Assembly: GCA_013115145.1 (NCBI GenBank)
Contig: JAAPAO010000010.1
Location: forward strand, 62,001-126,000
From: Perkinsus chesapeaki ATCC PRA-425
Taxonomy: Eukaryota > Protista > Perkinsozoa
Reading direction: 5' to 3'
DNA: 64,000 nucleotides
Shown: positions 22,868 through 35,834 of the stretch, piece by piece
Position numbering within the stretch: the first letter of the stretch is position 1
Layout of the letters: each line of letters opens with the position of its first letter
Translations under genes and position numbers: made by a program
The notes under the pieces: generated by a model
What the model saw: the letters and a program-made list of their open reading frames with translations, nothing else
Told to the model about the DNA's origin: nothing
Databases searched by the model: none

Positions 22868-24445
22868 CTAGTCGGGACCTGAGGTTTTGGGAATATCACT
22901 ATGCTGCCGAGCTCGGTCCATATCCTCAGACCTCACTCTAGGGAGATTGACACACGTCATAATGCCGCCCGGGTTGCTTGGTGGCACAAAGCTTGGTATT
23001 TCACAATGCCAGTTGTCTCCTTGCTCTTCCTCTTCCACCGTTAAACCCGGGGCTAGCTGACGATTCGCTAACCTTGCTGATAGCACCGACAGGCTCACGA
23101 CTAGACAATTAGTAGCGCGGTCTATCGCACCGCCGTCAAGGAGAGGATAGAGGCCCTCCTTGTTGATGCGTAGGATAGGCAGATCATCACCATCCTTCAG
23201 CACTTGCACAAAGTGCTTCTTCTCGAGTGAGGCACTCAAAATCTTCTGCGGAGCCGTCCCAACTTTTATACCGACCTTCAATGAGATTACTCCTTTACAG
23301 CTCAGCTTTACCTAAACAGGATATTGATAGACCAGAAGTATCAGCGGCCAGCGTACGTTCAGCACCGGCTGCGACCACTCCTTTCCCTCAACTGCCGCAA
23401 GTTCTATTTCCAAGGTTTCTATGCCTGCAATGCTGAACGCTTGGGACTTCACCGCTGGCTGACCAGGTAGCAGAGCCTCTGATGAAGCCTAGAAGTGGTA
23501 TGACCCTCAACAGGAGCCTACCTCGAGCGTTGTGGATAGCCCACCGGGCCTTCCTCACCATTTTGTTACGAACCACTTCCAGGCAGCTCATAATCTTCTG
23601 GCCTTCTGCTGGTGAAATAGAAGTAGGCGTCACTTCTCTGACGCCTCCCGTTGTCCCGTCAACCTCGGCCCCTGGAACGCCTTTTAGTGTCCAGGGTGCT
23701 CGAAAAGACTCCAGCTCAAGCCTTACAGTGATTGAGTCCGTCCTTTGGTCGTATCTGCCAATCCACCTGGGAAAGAGAGTACTCCCAGTCCTACGCTTCT
23801 TTAAGAGAGCAGACTCCTCGGAGCTGGACGGGTGTTTCAGTACTCCCACCTTCTGGTGTGAAGTTGTGGCTGTCTACCCGCACACAATGCCTCTTCCCCA
23901 CAGTTACATACCCCGAGAAGTTGTGAACCTCTGGTGGGCCTTCGATGTCGACCTATCAGCTTCACCACATGTACTATACGACGACCAACTCTATACGTCT
24001 TACACCTATCATACCCGGTAGAGGATGTGACTTCCGGCTATCTCTTCTCATACTCCCGCCCTCAACAATAAGGATAAGCTTCCAACCAATGATGCCCGCA
24101 AGCACGCAGGTTTGTGATTGAAATACACCTGCACCAGTCATACGTAAGATCTTCCCATAGTGCCGTACTGCCTGCCGAGGCCAGCCTAGCGGCTAGATTG
24201 TCCACTTGAAAAGTTATTTCCCTTGACGTGCAGTTGGCGACTAGCTCCACAGCGTCTCCTAATGCTTTGCTCTGCTGGTCGAATCGTTCAGTCCTCGATT
24301 CAGCGTCGGCTTGCATTTCATCGAAGCGATTGGAGAAGTCATTCAGTTGATGTGTGGCGGTTGCCTGTTGGAAAGACTAATGAACGCGAGCACAACCGCG
24401 TGCGGATACCTCTTGTAGACGGACGTAGAGGTTAATAGATGTCAT
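22868..24445 (-). CDS. Hypothetical protein(s) with coiled-coil N-terminal exon
   Basis: Possible ATG at 24445 (MTSINLYVRLQE) spliced to ATATHQLNDFSNRFDEMQADAESRTERFDQQSK, plus open segments 23388-23849 and 22868-23281. May be more than one gene. Confidence 0.35.
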
Positions 24446-24474
24446 AGCCCGGCAATAACATAAAGAATTAGTAA

Positions 24475-24556
24475 GACAGCGTGTCCGAGTGGTTAAGGAG
24501 GTGGACTAGAAATCCACTGGGCTCTGCCCGCGCAGGTTCGAATCCTGCCGCTGTCG
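24475..24556 (+). tRNA. tRNA-Ser(AGA)
   Basis: Cloverleaf read directly: acceptor GACAGCG/CGCTGTC, anticodon stem GTGGA/TCCAC around CT-AGA-AA, long variable arm, T-arm GCAGG-TTCGAAT-CCTGC, followed by TTTT. Confidence 0.97.
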
Positions 24557-24570
24557 ATTTTCGAATACGC

Positions 24571-25329
24571 TCATTTGTTCTTGCTCCCCTACAGCGATCG
24601 GGCGTAACCTCTACCGTTTTGTTTTTCGAATAAGGAACAACACTACGTCATCATGTCGGGACTCACCGACACTTTTCTTATCAACCCATCGGCCTCTTCC
24701 ATTCGCATATCGAAGCGCTTTTCTGTCGACTCCAGCGCGCCACTTAATTCCTCGTGTACATAGGAAATCCTGTTGTTGACTTCCATTATTTTCATTTCTA
24801 ACGTTGCACTGATCTTCTCCATCGCTCGACTCAGTCTCGCAACTTCATTCCGCAGATCTGATGCTCTCTCTGATTGAGACTCTTCTTTCCAAGCACAGAA
24901 CGCCTCGTCCAGGCCACATCCCTCTATACCTGCGCAGCGGGTGGCGAGCTACTCATCCCTAAGCCACGTACCTCCGGCTTCATCCCTTACCCTGCGGAGA
25001 AGTGATATGGCCAAACGATGCCTGGTTTGTCGGAGCTGCTCCTTAACGCCAGTGAGCCGCTCGAGTTCTGCCTTACTCCGCGCGTTTTCGTTCTCCGCCT
25101 TTTTATATTTCAATTCCAACTCCCCTACCCGCGACTCCAACGACTTCTTCATCACATTGAAGCCGTCGAGAAATTCACGGAATGATTTTTGAGTCTGAAG
25201 CCCGAAGGCCGCCATGGATAGGCAATTTCGCACTGACACCATCAACGCGTCGTTCACCGTGTATGCTCTATGGGATGACCACCTCAAAGGCCTGTCCGGG
25301 ATGCCCAAACGGTAGTGGCTCGGAACCAT
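24571..25329 (-). CDS. Hypothetical coiled-coil protein, multi-exon
   Basis: ORF 24949-25329 (KKSLESRVGELELKYKKAENENARSKAELERL) plus a coiled-coil exon at about 24667-24929 ending at a GTGAGT donor. The 3' end is uncertain. Confidence 0.5.
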
Positions 25330-25497
25330 TGGCTCTTCATGGCTTCAGCAACCACATTCAGTGACTTCGCTAAACCCAAACAGTGATAATAATCAGAAAC
25401 CGAAATCACAATGAAAATGGCAATTGTTACGAGTTCGCACATGCTGCGTTGATGTGAGCCATAATAGTAGACCGATTGGATTATTCAATAAGCAAGT

Positions 25498-28400
25498 TTA
25501 AGCAGCAGCTTCGTTACGTTCCTCCTCCGACTTGGTATACTCCACAACTTCACAGGTTTTACCGCCTGAATCACAAGGGAGTAAATAAGGCCCACCAGAG
25601 AGCAACGTAAATTGAAGCTCACTTGGCTCAATACTTTCGCGAAGTTTGTTGGCCTCTTCATCCGATAGTGCAATGTACTCATCATCGCTGGTCACCGCCA
25701 GACACCTGAGCGAAATGCCATATCAACCGACCCACTATGATAAGTCTATCTTACCTTTGTTTACCTCCTTCAATATCGACAACTCGGTGATTACCAAATA
25801 CACTCGGTGGGACTAATGTCGGTACCTTCGAAGATCCGGCCAAAGTTTGGTATGAGCAATAGCACACGCACTCCTACCACCATAGTCTTGCCATCGTCTC
25901 TACCAAGGCACCCGGACGACTTCTTCCCCCAGCTGTAAACCAGACCGCTCTCCGTCAATATGAACGAATACTAACAAGAATCTTATCAGCCTTGTTGAAG
26001 CACGCTCCAACCTTCGTTCCTGCGGCCAACTTCTTGATGCCCTTAATGCCGTTCTCGTAACTGAATACGTGACCATTCCAAACGACAGTATTTCCAAGCA
26101 TACTACTCAGAGGGAACCGTCACCGAATGAGGCTCCAGCCAAGTCCGATCTCCCCAGTAGTATCTGATTGATGGGAATTTCATTGCGCCCATTATCGCCA
26201 ACACCTTCTTACACTGCACCCTTGTCGGTGACGGCGATTATGTGATGATCCCCACATACAGCGTCGGCTATCTTAGTGCCTTCCAACTGAAACCAACGTC
26301 CGTATTCATCAACATCAAAGTAAGCTCCACCGAGTGGGTAAAGGAAAATCCATGGAGAGCCAGAGTAGAGACGATCAAACAAGTAGATAGACGAGAAGGC
26401 AACATTCACAAATAACCCAAGGGCAGCAAGAAACGGAATACTCACCTTCAAGCAGGGAATCTCTCTCGGGTATCTTTCAGCAGAGTACCTGCAAGCTCAA
26501 CCTGTGCGCACTGTGAAGAATTTACTCAACATACATATCCCCCATAGATTCCTCTCCCAATCCTAACTGACCATAATCATTACGACCAAATACGAACAGT
26601 CGACCATTGTTGTCCAGAATCAAAGAGAAGTTGGAGCCGCAAGATACCTGAGGTGGCCGGATTACACAAATACATGGACCATGTCGGGGAGATGATGGCC
26701 CTCCTTATAGCACATACAGCATCAAGTGTGTGGTACTCGACCGATGACTAACTATAGGAGAGTTCCTCGAGAGCTACCAAGTCGATGAAATCCCAATTGA
26801 TTATGGACTTGCTAGGTAATACATTATTATGATAAATATAGAGTTATATATTAAATATGAATTAATACTGATGTATATAATAAAATGTATAAATAAATGA
26901 CATGCCAATGCACGATACAAGATACAAATAACCAAAAACACTTAAACTGGTATGTAAATGCTGGTATGTTCTCTGCAGCAGTATGATCTACCAGCACTAT
27001 CACAACCAGGTAGCGTTGCAGAGAGTTCACAGCCTTACCTTTTTAATATGAGCATCTCCAAGGATATCCTGGAAGTACTCCAACGGCTGTGGTTCAGCTT
27101 GATCCGATGAATCCCCCAAACCCAGGCTGACAAGAGGTTATCGATAACAATGGTGATACGAAGATACCGCAAGATATTTTCATCAGGTTACCCATCGACG
27201 AGCACGCCCTTCCAAACTAGATACCATTACCAGCCCTTTCCCCTCATTACATGCCAAACTCTCCCTTTCCGCAAGTATATACATGATCCGACTTGGTACG
27301 GAACATGGAGTGCTGGACTCCAGAGGATACTTCTTCAACTCGTTCACCCAACTCCAACAGCCTCTGGACAGCTTCAAATCTAACGTCAACAACACTTCCA
27401 CTAAAAAACCTTCACAGTGCGCAAGATACCTATCTCTGTTGTTCTTATCCCCCAGACCTAGCGCTCCTTGTCCAGAGAACCAACTGCCGCCCCAACCAGC
27501 TGAATGCACCTAATTGCCAACTACCACACCGACCACCAAACTACCTTACCGCCCCATCCTTTGTTCGAACCATAGTATGATATGATCCACATGAGACATC
27601 GGCAGCGAGCTCTGAAAAGCAGCAGCAGCAACGACGACGACGACGCTCAAACGGTTGATATGAAGGATTTAGAGATACATAGCTGGAATGGCGTGTATAA
27701 AGACATTATAATAGGCGATGGTTGACAGGTGTAACTGTGTGAAACATGCATCATACTGAGTATGTAAAGAGAGAGCACGCTGTTGGTTTACTTGCTATAT
27801 TAGGCATCTTTATATAGATTATTATCTTCACATAATCGATTACTTACTGCTGGCCTCAGATCCCGTTAAAGGCTCTATCTCAGCCACTGCTGGTACATCA
27901 TCAACATCACCCTTCTTCTACAATACACCAAATCATTTCCGACAGCACTGTCATTGTATTACTCCAGAAGAACTGTCTCTTGCCAGTTGACCATATTTAT
28001 TATTACCAAAGGTAAATACCTTACCCTCAGACACTACCGCGGAATGCTCACCACCACATGCCAAGCTCTCAACAGATGGCACTCCACTAAGCTGGGAGAT
28101 CTAACAGGAGACCAATATCACTTTAACTAGATATAATTCACACCTTCGTTGGTAGTTTGCTAACTTCACCCACAGTAGGGCCCCCAGTCACTCCCGAACT
28201 GGCAGGAGCTCCCCAGCGCCACACTGTGTAGGATGAACCTGAACACGAGGTATAGAACAGAACGCACGATGCTCAGTGCGAAGTCAAGCGAACGTAACCA
28301 GCAACAATACCGCTAGCCTATGGCGCATGATACCGACTTCGTTATATATAAAAATACACGAGATACACTTTAACTGTATGACACCCAAGTTATTGAGGCA

Positions 28401-28835
28401 GGTGAAGGGAGAGAAGGATATAGGAATTACTGGTGTGCGACATGGAGATTCATCGATGCGAAGGAATGATGGGGATTATGGTGATCTACCACCACCAGCA
28501 GCAACAACAAGGCACATAGTACTAATCCTATACATTTTAATACGCAGTATAATAACTACCATTGCGACCAGGGACAATAGTCGTCCGTCCTGACAAAAGC
28601 GACGATTACGCAACCTATATATATCACTAATAATGGAATCCAGCAGCGAGGTATCGTGAGAGTGTAAAGACTCCACCATAGAGCCCTCTCCTACACAGTA
28701 CCACAACAACGTTTAGATATTACTGAAGCATCTTAAATGTTGTTGTAGTATAACCGTCGTCGAGGTGCTGAATACCGCTCTTGTGTGCATCATCACAGCA
28801 GGAGGCAAGGCAGCACTGGTAGCAGATGATATCAT
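25498..28835 (-). CDS. RCC1-repeat protein, multi-exon, possibly with an N-terminal mitochondrial targeting-like peptide
   Basis: RCC1-type motifs VESLACGGEHSAVV, FGNNKYGQLA, GALGLGD, KIADAVCGDHHIIAVTDKGAV. The candidate first exon MISSATSAALPPAVMMHTRAVFSTSTT..LRCF is Ser/Thr/Arg-rich and lacks acidic residues. Confidence 0.7.
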
Positions 28836-28983
28836 ATTATAGGAGAAAAACGATAGTGAGATGGCTGATGATAATGTGACCATTGTAACACAAAAAGGGA
28901 CAGCTTATTAGAAAAAAGAGAACTATCTATTCCAGACTAGTACATACCCATACACTACCCCCTATCCCTATTATCATCATGCA

Positions 28984-29495
28984 TTAACCTATATTTAGGC
29001 GGAACATATCATTAAGACAATATATACCTCCTGATGGGTTCGGGGCAAGATGAAATACCTGCTAACACGGCTTCACGGATCGTAACGACACACGACTCAC
29101 TTGACCAAATTTAAGAGGATTCTGATTATCATCCACCAACAGATTGCCAGTCACAAACACCACGACACCGTTATTCGAAGGATTAGGCTGGCAGTCTGCC
29201 TTAATCACCTAACGCCGACAATATCACAGCTAGAGGTGTCAGAATAATATTACCTGATGCTGTACCTTTTGAAAGGGCAGGCTGACCAGTTTTTGTACGA
29301 TATTACCCGCTCCTTGGAACTGCTCTCCTTCGAATGTCAGCATTGAGGTATCTACCCGTTACCTAGTAGTCGCAATATTATTGCTTTACCTCCATAAAGT
29401 GAAGTAAGATTAGATCTGTTACTGTCGAATGTCCCATAGTAGTGCTGGACAAACTGCTCTCCAATAGACTGGAACTGTGGGTTTATTTGAGCCAT
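28984..29495 (-). CDS. NTF2: Nuclear transport factor 2
   Basis: Spliced translation [30 protein letters not shown]...[40 protein letters not shown]...[24 protein letters not shown]...[12 protein letters not shown]. Confidence 0.93.
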
Positions 29496-29813
29496 CAGGA
29501 GGAGGAAAACTGTGAGAACTGTAAAGATACAAAATAGCTCAGATCGCGCGTCTCCAGCACACAGGGGGTGGTTCAGTCCAATAATTTAATACTCAACACA
29601 ACCGCGTGATAAAGCAGGATAGTGACGGAGTACAGACGAAGTGTTGTCAGCAAAAATTGTTGTGTATGAAAGACGCAACTGAAAAGAGAAGCAGCCTCAT
29701 TAATGATGATTTAACCTGATCTCCCATAAAATCCCTACGTGTAATCATCTGGTGTTGGTCACTAGTGTTAAAAGGCAAGCTGCTGCTGACCATTATTGCT
29801 GACCACGATATCT

Positions 29814-30807
29814 TCAACAGCACTTCTTCTTTTCCGATCCTCCACCAGTTGACGACGAACCTCCGTTGCCAGCTGCTGCCCCACCAGTGCCTCGACGTTC
29901 TGTTAGTTTAACTGCGTTCGAATTGGCCGTTGAATTCGCGTTATTGGTTCGTGGAGGTATACCATTCAATAGACTAAATAGATAGGCGCTTTATTTATAT
30001 TATAAAGCTAATCTTTATTACTCATAACTGTCGCATACTCTTTCCGCAATTGCTCTAAAAGCCTGTTCCACATTCAAACCACTCTTAGCCGAAGTTTCGA
30101 AGAAGGGCATATCATATTTATCAGCTAGAGCTTGTCCTTCCTCCGTTGATACTTTCTAACATATTTTTCTTTACATTCAAATACCACTAGTCGGTACTAC
30201 CCGTTTGGCCTCCATATCGGCTTTATTACCTACCAATAGCTTCTGGACGGTCTTATCGGCATGCTCATCCAAGTTGCGAACCCAGTAGTCTACATCTGAT
30301 CAATGAATGGAATCTTTAGGTTGACCTTGCAAGATACACAATAGGTCAAGTTGTGGTACTACTTTTGAAACTCTTAGGGTCGGTCATGTCATAAATGAGT
30401 AAAACGCCCATAGCATTGCGATAATAAGCTGGAGTAATTGTTCGGAATCTTTCTTGGCCAGCTGTATCCTATAATAACATCCTACTAGACTGTTTAATAT
30501 ATGGTGTATTACCCATATTTGTAGGCGAACTTGCCTATCCTGCACATTAATAGTTTTCACCCTAAAGTCCACTCCAATGGTAATAACAAAATTAGAATCG
30601 AAGCGGTTTTCACAGAAACGCATCAACAGTGACGATTTACCAACAGCTGAAGAGAACAATCGATTTAAGGCGCCCTTGAAGAAGGGTGATAGTACCGCTA
30701 TCGCCCAAAACCAGAATTCGTGCAGTGGCATCATAGGTTTCATCAGACGCCCCTCCTCCTCCCCCAGCAGCGGCTCCTCCTGATGATGCCGAATCATAAT
30801 GTGGCAT
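29814..30807 (-). CDS. Rab GTPase, Rab8/Sec4/RabE-type
   Basis: [58 protein letters not shown] and a C-terminal KKKCC* prenylation motif. Confidence 0.92.
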
Positions 30808-31308
30808 TACTTATGGTTTATTATAACAACAGATATATAATAAATAGATAAACAACAACAACAACGACGACGATCATTACAAACACGACATCAAAAATGG
30901 TATAAGGTTGCATCGCTCCGCTAAGCGCAGTTATCTTAGCGTACGCCATTTAATCACCCACTCACCATTTCCGATTTGAGCTCGACCATATGTTAATTGA
31001 ATCTTGGTTAGATAGCTGCGTGAGGCTTCATTGTTCTAGCCGTTTTCTCGTAGCCTACTCGTTATAATGGACTCCTTGTGAGAGCAGTGATGATTGGTCT
31101 TTCGTTCGTAATGCCCCCCACCGTTAATATTCAACGGGAGAATCAGGCTTTTCGAATTCAAGTCAATTAGAGAAAGGTTTTCCAAACTATCTTCGTTGAG
31201 TATTGAAAGTTGGCTCAGGACCACAGACGACTGTCTACTACTTTACCTTTGTTCCCCTTTGCGATGTGTTAATATAACGTAGTGTCCATCATATACTTCT
31301 GCTCGATA

Positions 31309-32600
31309 ATGGCTCAACGCTTTCGTATCACTTCAATAATATTATCCATACTTCATTTACTACTTACTACAGTTTCCGGATCTAGAGCTCCTCTATCACC
31401 AAATGGAGGTCAACCGGCTGGCGGACAGGTGCGAATAGTAGAACACTTAGCATTTACTAAGACCAAAAATGTATCATCAACGTTTTTATTAGGTTAGATG
31501 CAGCAAGGCCGTTAAAGCGGACTATGATAACGGCGGACACGTAACATTATCGAGTTAGTCAGATGAACATGTCCGCAACAATATTCAGGAAATATTCCGT
31601 GTCGGTGCTGCTTGGCATGATACTGATCCCAATGATCGCCGATCTGTTGATGGTTATGCGATAGAATATGCTTATACCACTTCTTGGAAGTGAGTGGATA
31701 ATCTATTTCCTCGCACTGTATGTGCTCATTCAGGATTTATATAACGAACACCACCAGCTTGTTCCTTAACGTCGACCCTCTTAAAATGTGCTCTGAAACC
31801 CCTTCGGTAGTAAATCATGAGAGAGTCTCATGCGAAGACTATATCACGGCATGCGGCAAAGAACATTTCGAGCCACCACCACCACCTTTGCGGCTAATGG
31901 GAGCGAGATATGAGCCAAACCCGATGGAAGCTCTACGCTATATATACAAGGAACTCGAAAGTCGAGCTGATACAGAGTATATAACAAAATACAAAACTGA
32001 CTTTGAATGGATTACTGGCATCCACATGTATGGAACAAAGGTAAACAATATCTACTTCCTTCATGGTCCCCGGAAGACAAGTTGGTCTTGTTATAAACTA
32101 TTCTTGAGATGTTAATCTTATCGTGTGCTTCTCAGCAACTCAAGCAACCAGGGCCTTTACGATATGTTAAGCTTCGATGGGATTATGATAAGATGAAATG
32201 TGTTCCCTTCCAGTTGAGCGCAGGCGCCACCAGCGAAGCGTAAGAATAAAACGCGCAGTGTCTTATTAATTTATCCGCGGGGGCTTGTAATCGACTTAGT
32301 TATGTGGGATAAATGATTACTTTATGGTTTTGCAGACTTCCACTCTTGGAAAAAGACAAGCAATGGGAATACATTGATGAGCTTAAGAAATTAGTTGATG
32401 CCACCGAGGCCGTGGACTCAGCATTACCATTGGAAGAGAGATGCCGTTTACAACTTATCCGCTATGGGGATGAAATATATAAACAATATACCGAGAAGGC
32501 TAGAACGAAACGTGTCCGATGGGAAGGGCTCGATAACGATGAGGATAAGGCCGAGGCCGCTGCTGCTCTACTCCAGCTTTTAGCCTATGGTTGGCAATAA
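31309..32600 (+). CDS. Hypothetical secreted protein, multi-exon
   Basis: Signal-peptide-like MAQRFRITSIILSILHLLLTTVSG followed by protein-like exons (ORFs 31720-32115 and 32313-32600). No family recognised. Confidence 0.5.
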
Positions 32601-33152
32601 ATCTATTGTCATCTTTATTGCGGGAAATGGATATAAGCACTTGGTCAAGACGTCATTTATCTTTTCACTTGAATGACCATAAAGCAGAAAAACGATGTTG
32701 TATAACATGTCTATCTCTGGTGTTGTTGTAAGCAATGAAAAGGTATTTTGTTATTCAGTTTGATTCCTTGATAGCTTAAGCAAAAAACATCTACTAGAGT
32801 GGTCCAATTCGGAACATCCGTTGTGTCTTCTGATTACCAACTGTCATACCGTTCTTGCAGAGCGCGTGTGACATTGCTACAAACTCGTTTCGTAGGTTAA
32901 AGTAAATACTTGGACTTTCGCCTAAGGGCGTGCATGTCCCGCGACATACAGTCATACGATAACACTCGGACAAAGCTTATATGCAAAGTCATAGGAGCAA
33001 ACGAGCATACATTTGAGGAACTTAGGCCTAGTGAATCTTGCAACGATGAGGATAATAATAGAGTGGAGGCAAAATGCGATAATTTGTAAAGCACGTGAAC
33101 GGCTATAAAGTACGATGGTGTAATCCTATTTAGATCAAACACGCTACGGTCT

Positions 33153-35351
33153 GTGGAAACTACTAAACCCTCCCCATCGTATGGCGGCCGTTGGCCAGCA
33201 AGGCAGCTCGTTTCTGGGACAATGCCAAGCTTTCAAACTATAGCAGCGATGCGAAAACTGGACGGTCAATATCATTCAAGAACTCAGCACGCCGTGAAGT
33301 TTTATGAGCAACAAGACGGACAAAGCAAACAAAGTCCAGCAGCAAGTGATATAATTCAACAAAGGGACCACGAGGTGACTTGAGGCAAAATACCGTCCAT
33401 ACTGTAAATGTAGGAAGGACCCCCAATACCGGCCGCGCCGGAGGAATCGACGCCAACCGCAAAGCTCCTGCAGGATATGGATACTTGGATGAGCATTAAA
33501 AACAGGATCTTATACAGTCACAAAAGAGAAGCAACCAACCAGTTGCCTGCGGGCAGAGCGATGCAGAAAGTATCCGATACGAGTCCGGAGCACCTCGTGG
33601 ATCGGACTGGTAGGTCGATTTGTTAGCCATGCCGCCGAGCTTTACGAAAAGCCTGTGCCAAGATGATCCCGTTTCCTCGAAGTCATTCTCACACCTTGTC
33701 TACGCGATTGGCGAACAGATATCGCTAGACTCTTGGCAACTATATAGATTTTTTTGGGTGAGTGGAAGCGTGTCAGGCGTAGCACTTCGTGAAAGCGGTG
33801 GAAACGATGGCGAAGTCATTAGAGTCGGCGAGCAACATTATGGCGATCTCAAAGAGAAGAAGGAGGGATGGGCTTCAACATTACTGAACAGGTGGTGGCC
33901 AAGTTCCCATGGAGAGGTTCGGTAGCTGCGGGTCCTTGAAGTATTATCGTGCCGCTATAGGATACGATAAAGCCAGACGTATCATCAGTACATGATAAAG
34001 GACATGCTAACGAGACAGTTGGCTCTACAACTGATAACCAGGGCTTCTGGGAGTACTTCAACTCAGCAAAGGATATCATGTAAACAACCGGTTCGAGACG
34101 AGAGACAGTAGCTGACCACTTAGGACAACTGCGGCTAAGGCATTCACAGCGACCGTTGACAACACTCCATTACGGGCGGTTCTCTTAAGAGAGTTTGGTG
34201 GTGCTGTGGAGGAGCTCATCATAGCCGTTCATATAAAGAAGTAAACTGGTGTTACCGAGAAAGTCAAGCATCACTCAGGTGTACGAATGTCCCAAGCATG
34301 GACCTGATAGGTCATGCCGACTGTTACGTTACAGTGCAGGTTGATACGACTGGTATTGCCCGAGACGGCGACTCTTCCGGTCCAAGATCGAAGACCATGT
34401 ACCGTACACGCACCCGGCAGGTGAGAATATGTTGTCACAGTTACAACGATAGCGATCCGGTCTTCAATGACTGCGTCGAAACTAAACCCCTCCGGGCAGT
34501 GGAGCTACTCTCCCCCAATGCAATGCTGAGATTGACAGTCTTGGACTGGGATATTATCAGATCTGACGATCTCGTCGGTGAGTGATGCATCCACCAGCAC
34601 GATCTCAAGCACTTCTTACGACCAGGCACGTGTGTTTACCCACTTTACGAGACTTTACAGTGCAGTGGAGTAGCACCATATGTCTTGTCACCTCTGAACG
34701 GCTACGAGGCGCAATCAGCGACTAGCGGTCCCAGCGCCAAACTATTCGTAATCGAAAATCATCGATCGCCCTTGGTGTCCTGAGTTGCAATACAATTGTC
34801 ATATTCGAACCAACAGGTGAGGATCATGGTTCGAGCGACGGCAGGGGCTGTATGCGTCATGTTTACACCTGTCGCAATAACGGGTCTCGTGGGTTTCGCT
34901 TTCCGTAATGCGAGGCTTGGAGTTGAAGGCAAGCTCGTTAAAGATAAGAAGAACCCCATAGAACTGACAAAGTAAGTCTAGTGCCGAATGCATGCATGTA
35001 TGGTCTGTGCTAACGCAATTTCGATCTTTCACTTTATTTCGATCTTCTTGTGACAATGGGCATTTCAGCTCAGAGAATGTAAGACGCCCCAGACGCCTTC
35101 TCAGCTGGAGCCAAGGTTGGAGGGTCAGAGGAGCATTTTCCTCGCTCAGGTACCCTACACTTGGCGTGTCTGAAAGTAGCATCTATCCAACGGCGTCTTC
35201 TCCCGTGTCCAGCACTGGATGGGCTTTATGGGATGCAGGCCGGCAAGCGCCACCAATCCTGTGTCGGTCTGACAGGAACCTGTATTGCTCGGGATCCCTG
35301 TCGGATGCGTACCTGCGACTATTGATAGGTACTTTCATCTGGCGCTCGTAG
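33153..35351 (+). CDS. C2-domain membrane protein, multi-exon
   Basis: C2 features DLIGHADCYVTV, SDPVFND and LRLTVLDWDIIRSDDLVG (34298-34585), with a downstream hydrophobic segment AGAVCVMFTPVAITGLVGFAF. Termini uncertain. Confidence 0.55.
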
Positions 35352-35760
35352 CGTCGCCAGACAACCCGGTCCCTTTGATGCATTGCGGTATAAAACTGAG
35401 CGCCTTGGAAGAATCTTGTGGCATACGAGGGCGGAGGCTCTTCAACAGGTTAGTAATTGGTTAAGCTACGCGCTACCCAAAATGCGTTATCTTATCATTA
35501 ACGAGGATTATTCATAGTTACTCGGATCTGGATCTTCGCAAGACCAGACTTTACGCCTCAGCAGAGGTTCGATTGCTTGCGCCACCGCCAGTAGCAGACG
35601 CCTCTACATGAACTGTTTTATGCGGGCTGATACGAGGGGACCGTGTATTGTTTCGGCTGATACTTGAGTCATGATATCATACGATCGGAAGCGTGCAGCA
35701 TACATGTTCGTTATCGAATTCAACTCTTGTGTTACAAGAGTGGTACGCGCTCGCGTAATA

Positions 35761-35834
35761 TACCCGATGCAGGATTCGAACCTACGACCATCTGCTCCGT
35801 AGGCAGACATTCTATCCAGCTGAACTAATCGGGC
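35761..35834 (-). tRNA. tRNA-Arg(ACG)
   Basis: Minus-strand cloverleaf: acceptor GCCCGAT/ATCGGGT, anticodon stem TCTGC/GCAGA around CT-ACG-GA, T-arm GTAGG-TTCGAAT-CCTGC. Confidence 0.95.

Noticed and set aside
23850-24060. Possible gag zinc-knuckle remnant (TCGEA..., CNCGEE) upstream of tRNA-Ser
   Set aside because: No complete CX2CX4HX4C motif, and no RT, integrase or LTR evidence nearby.
25498-29495. Apparent Ran-cycle cluster (NTF2 next to an RCC1-repeat gene)
   Set aside because: RCC1 repeats occur in many unrelated proteins and this one has a mitochondrial-presequence-like start. Adjacency alone is not evidence of a functional cluster.
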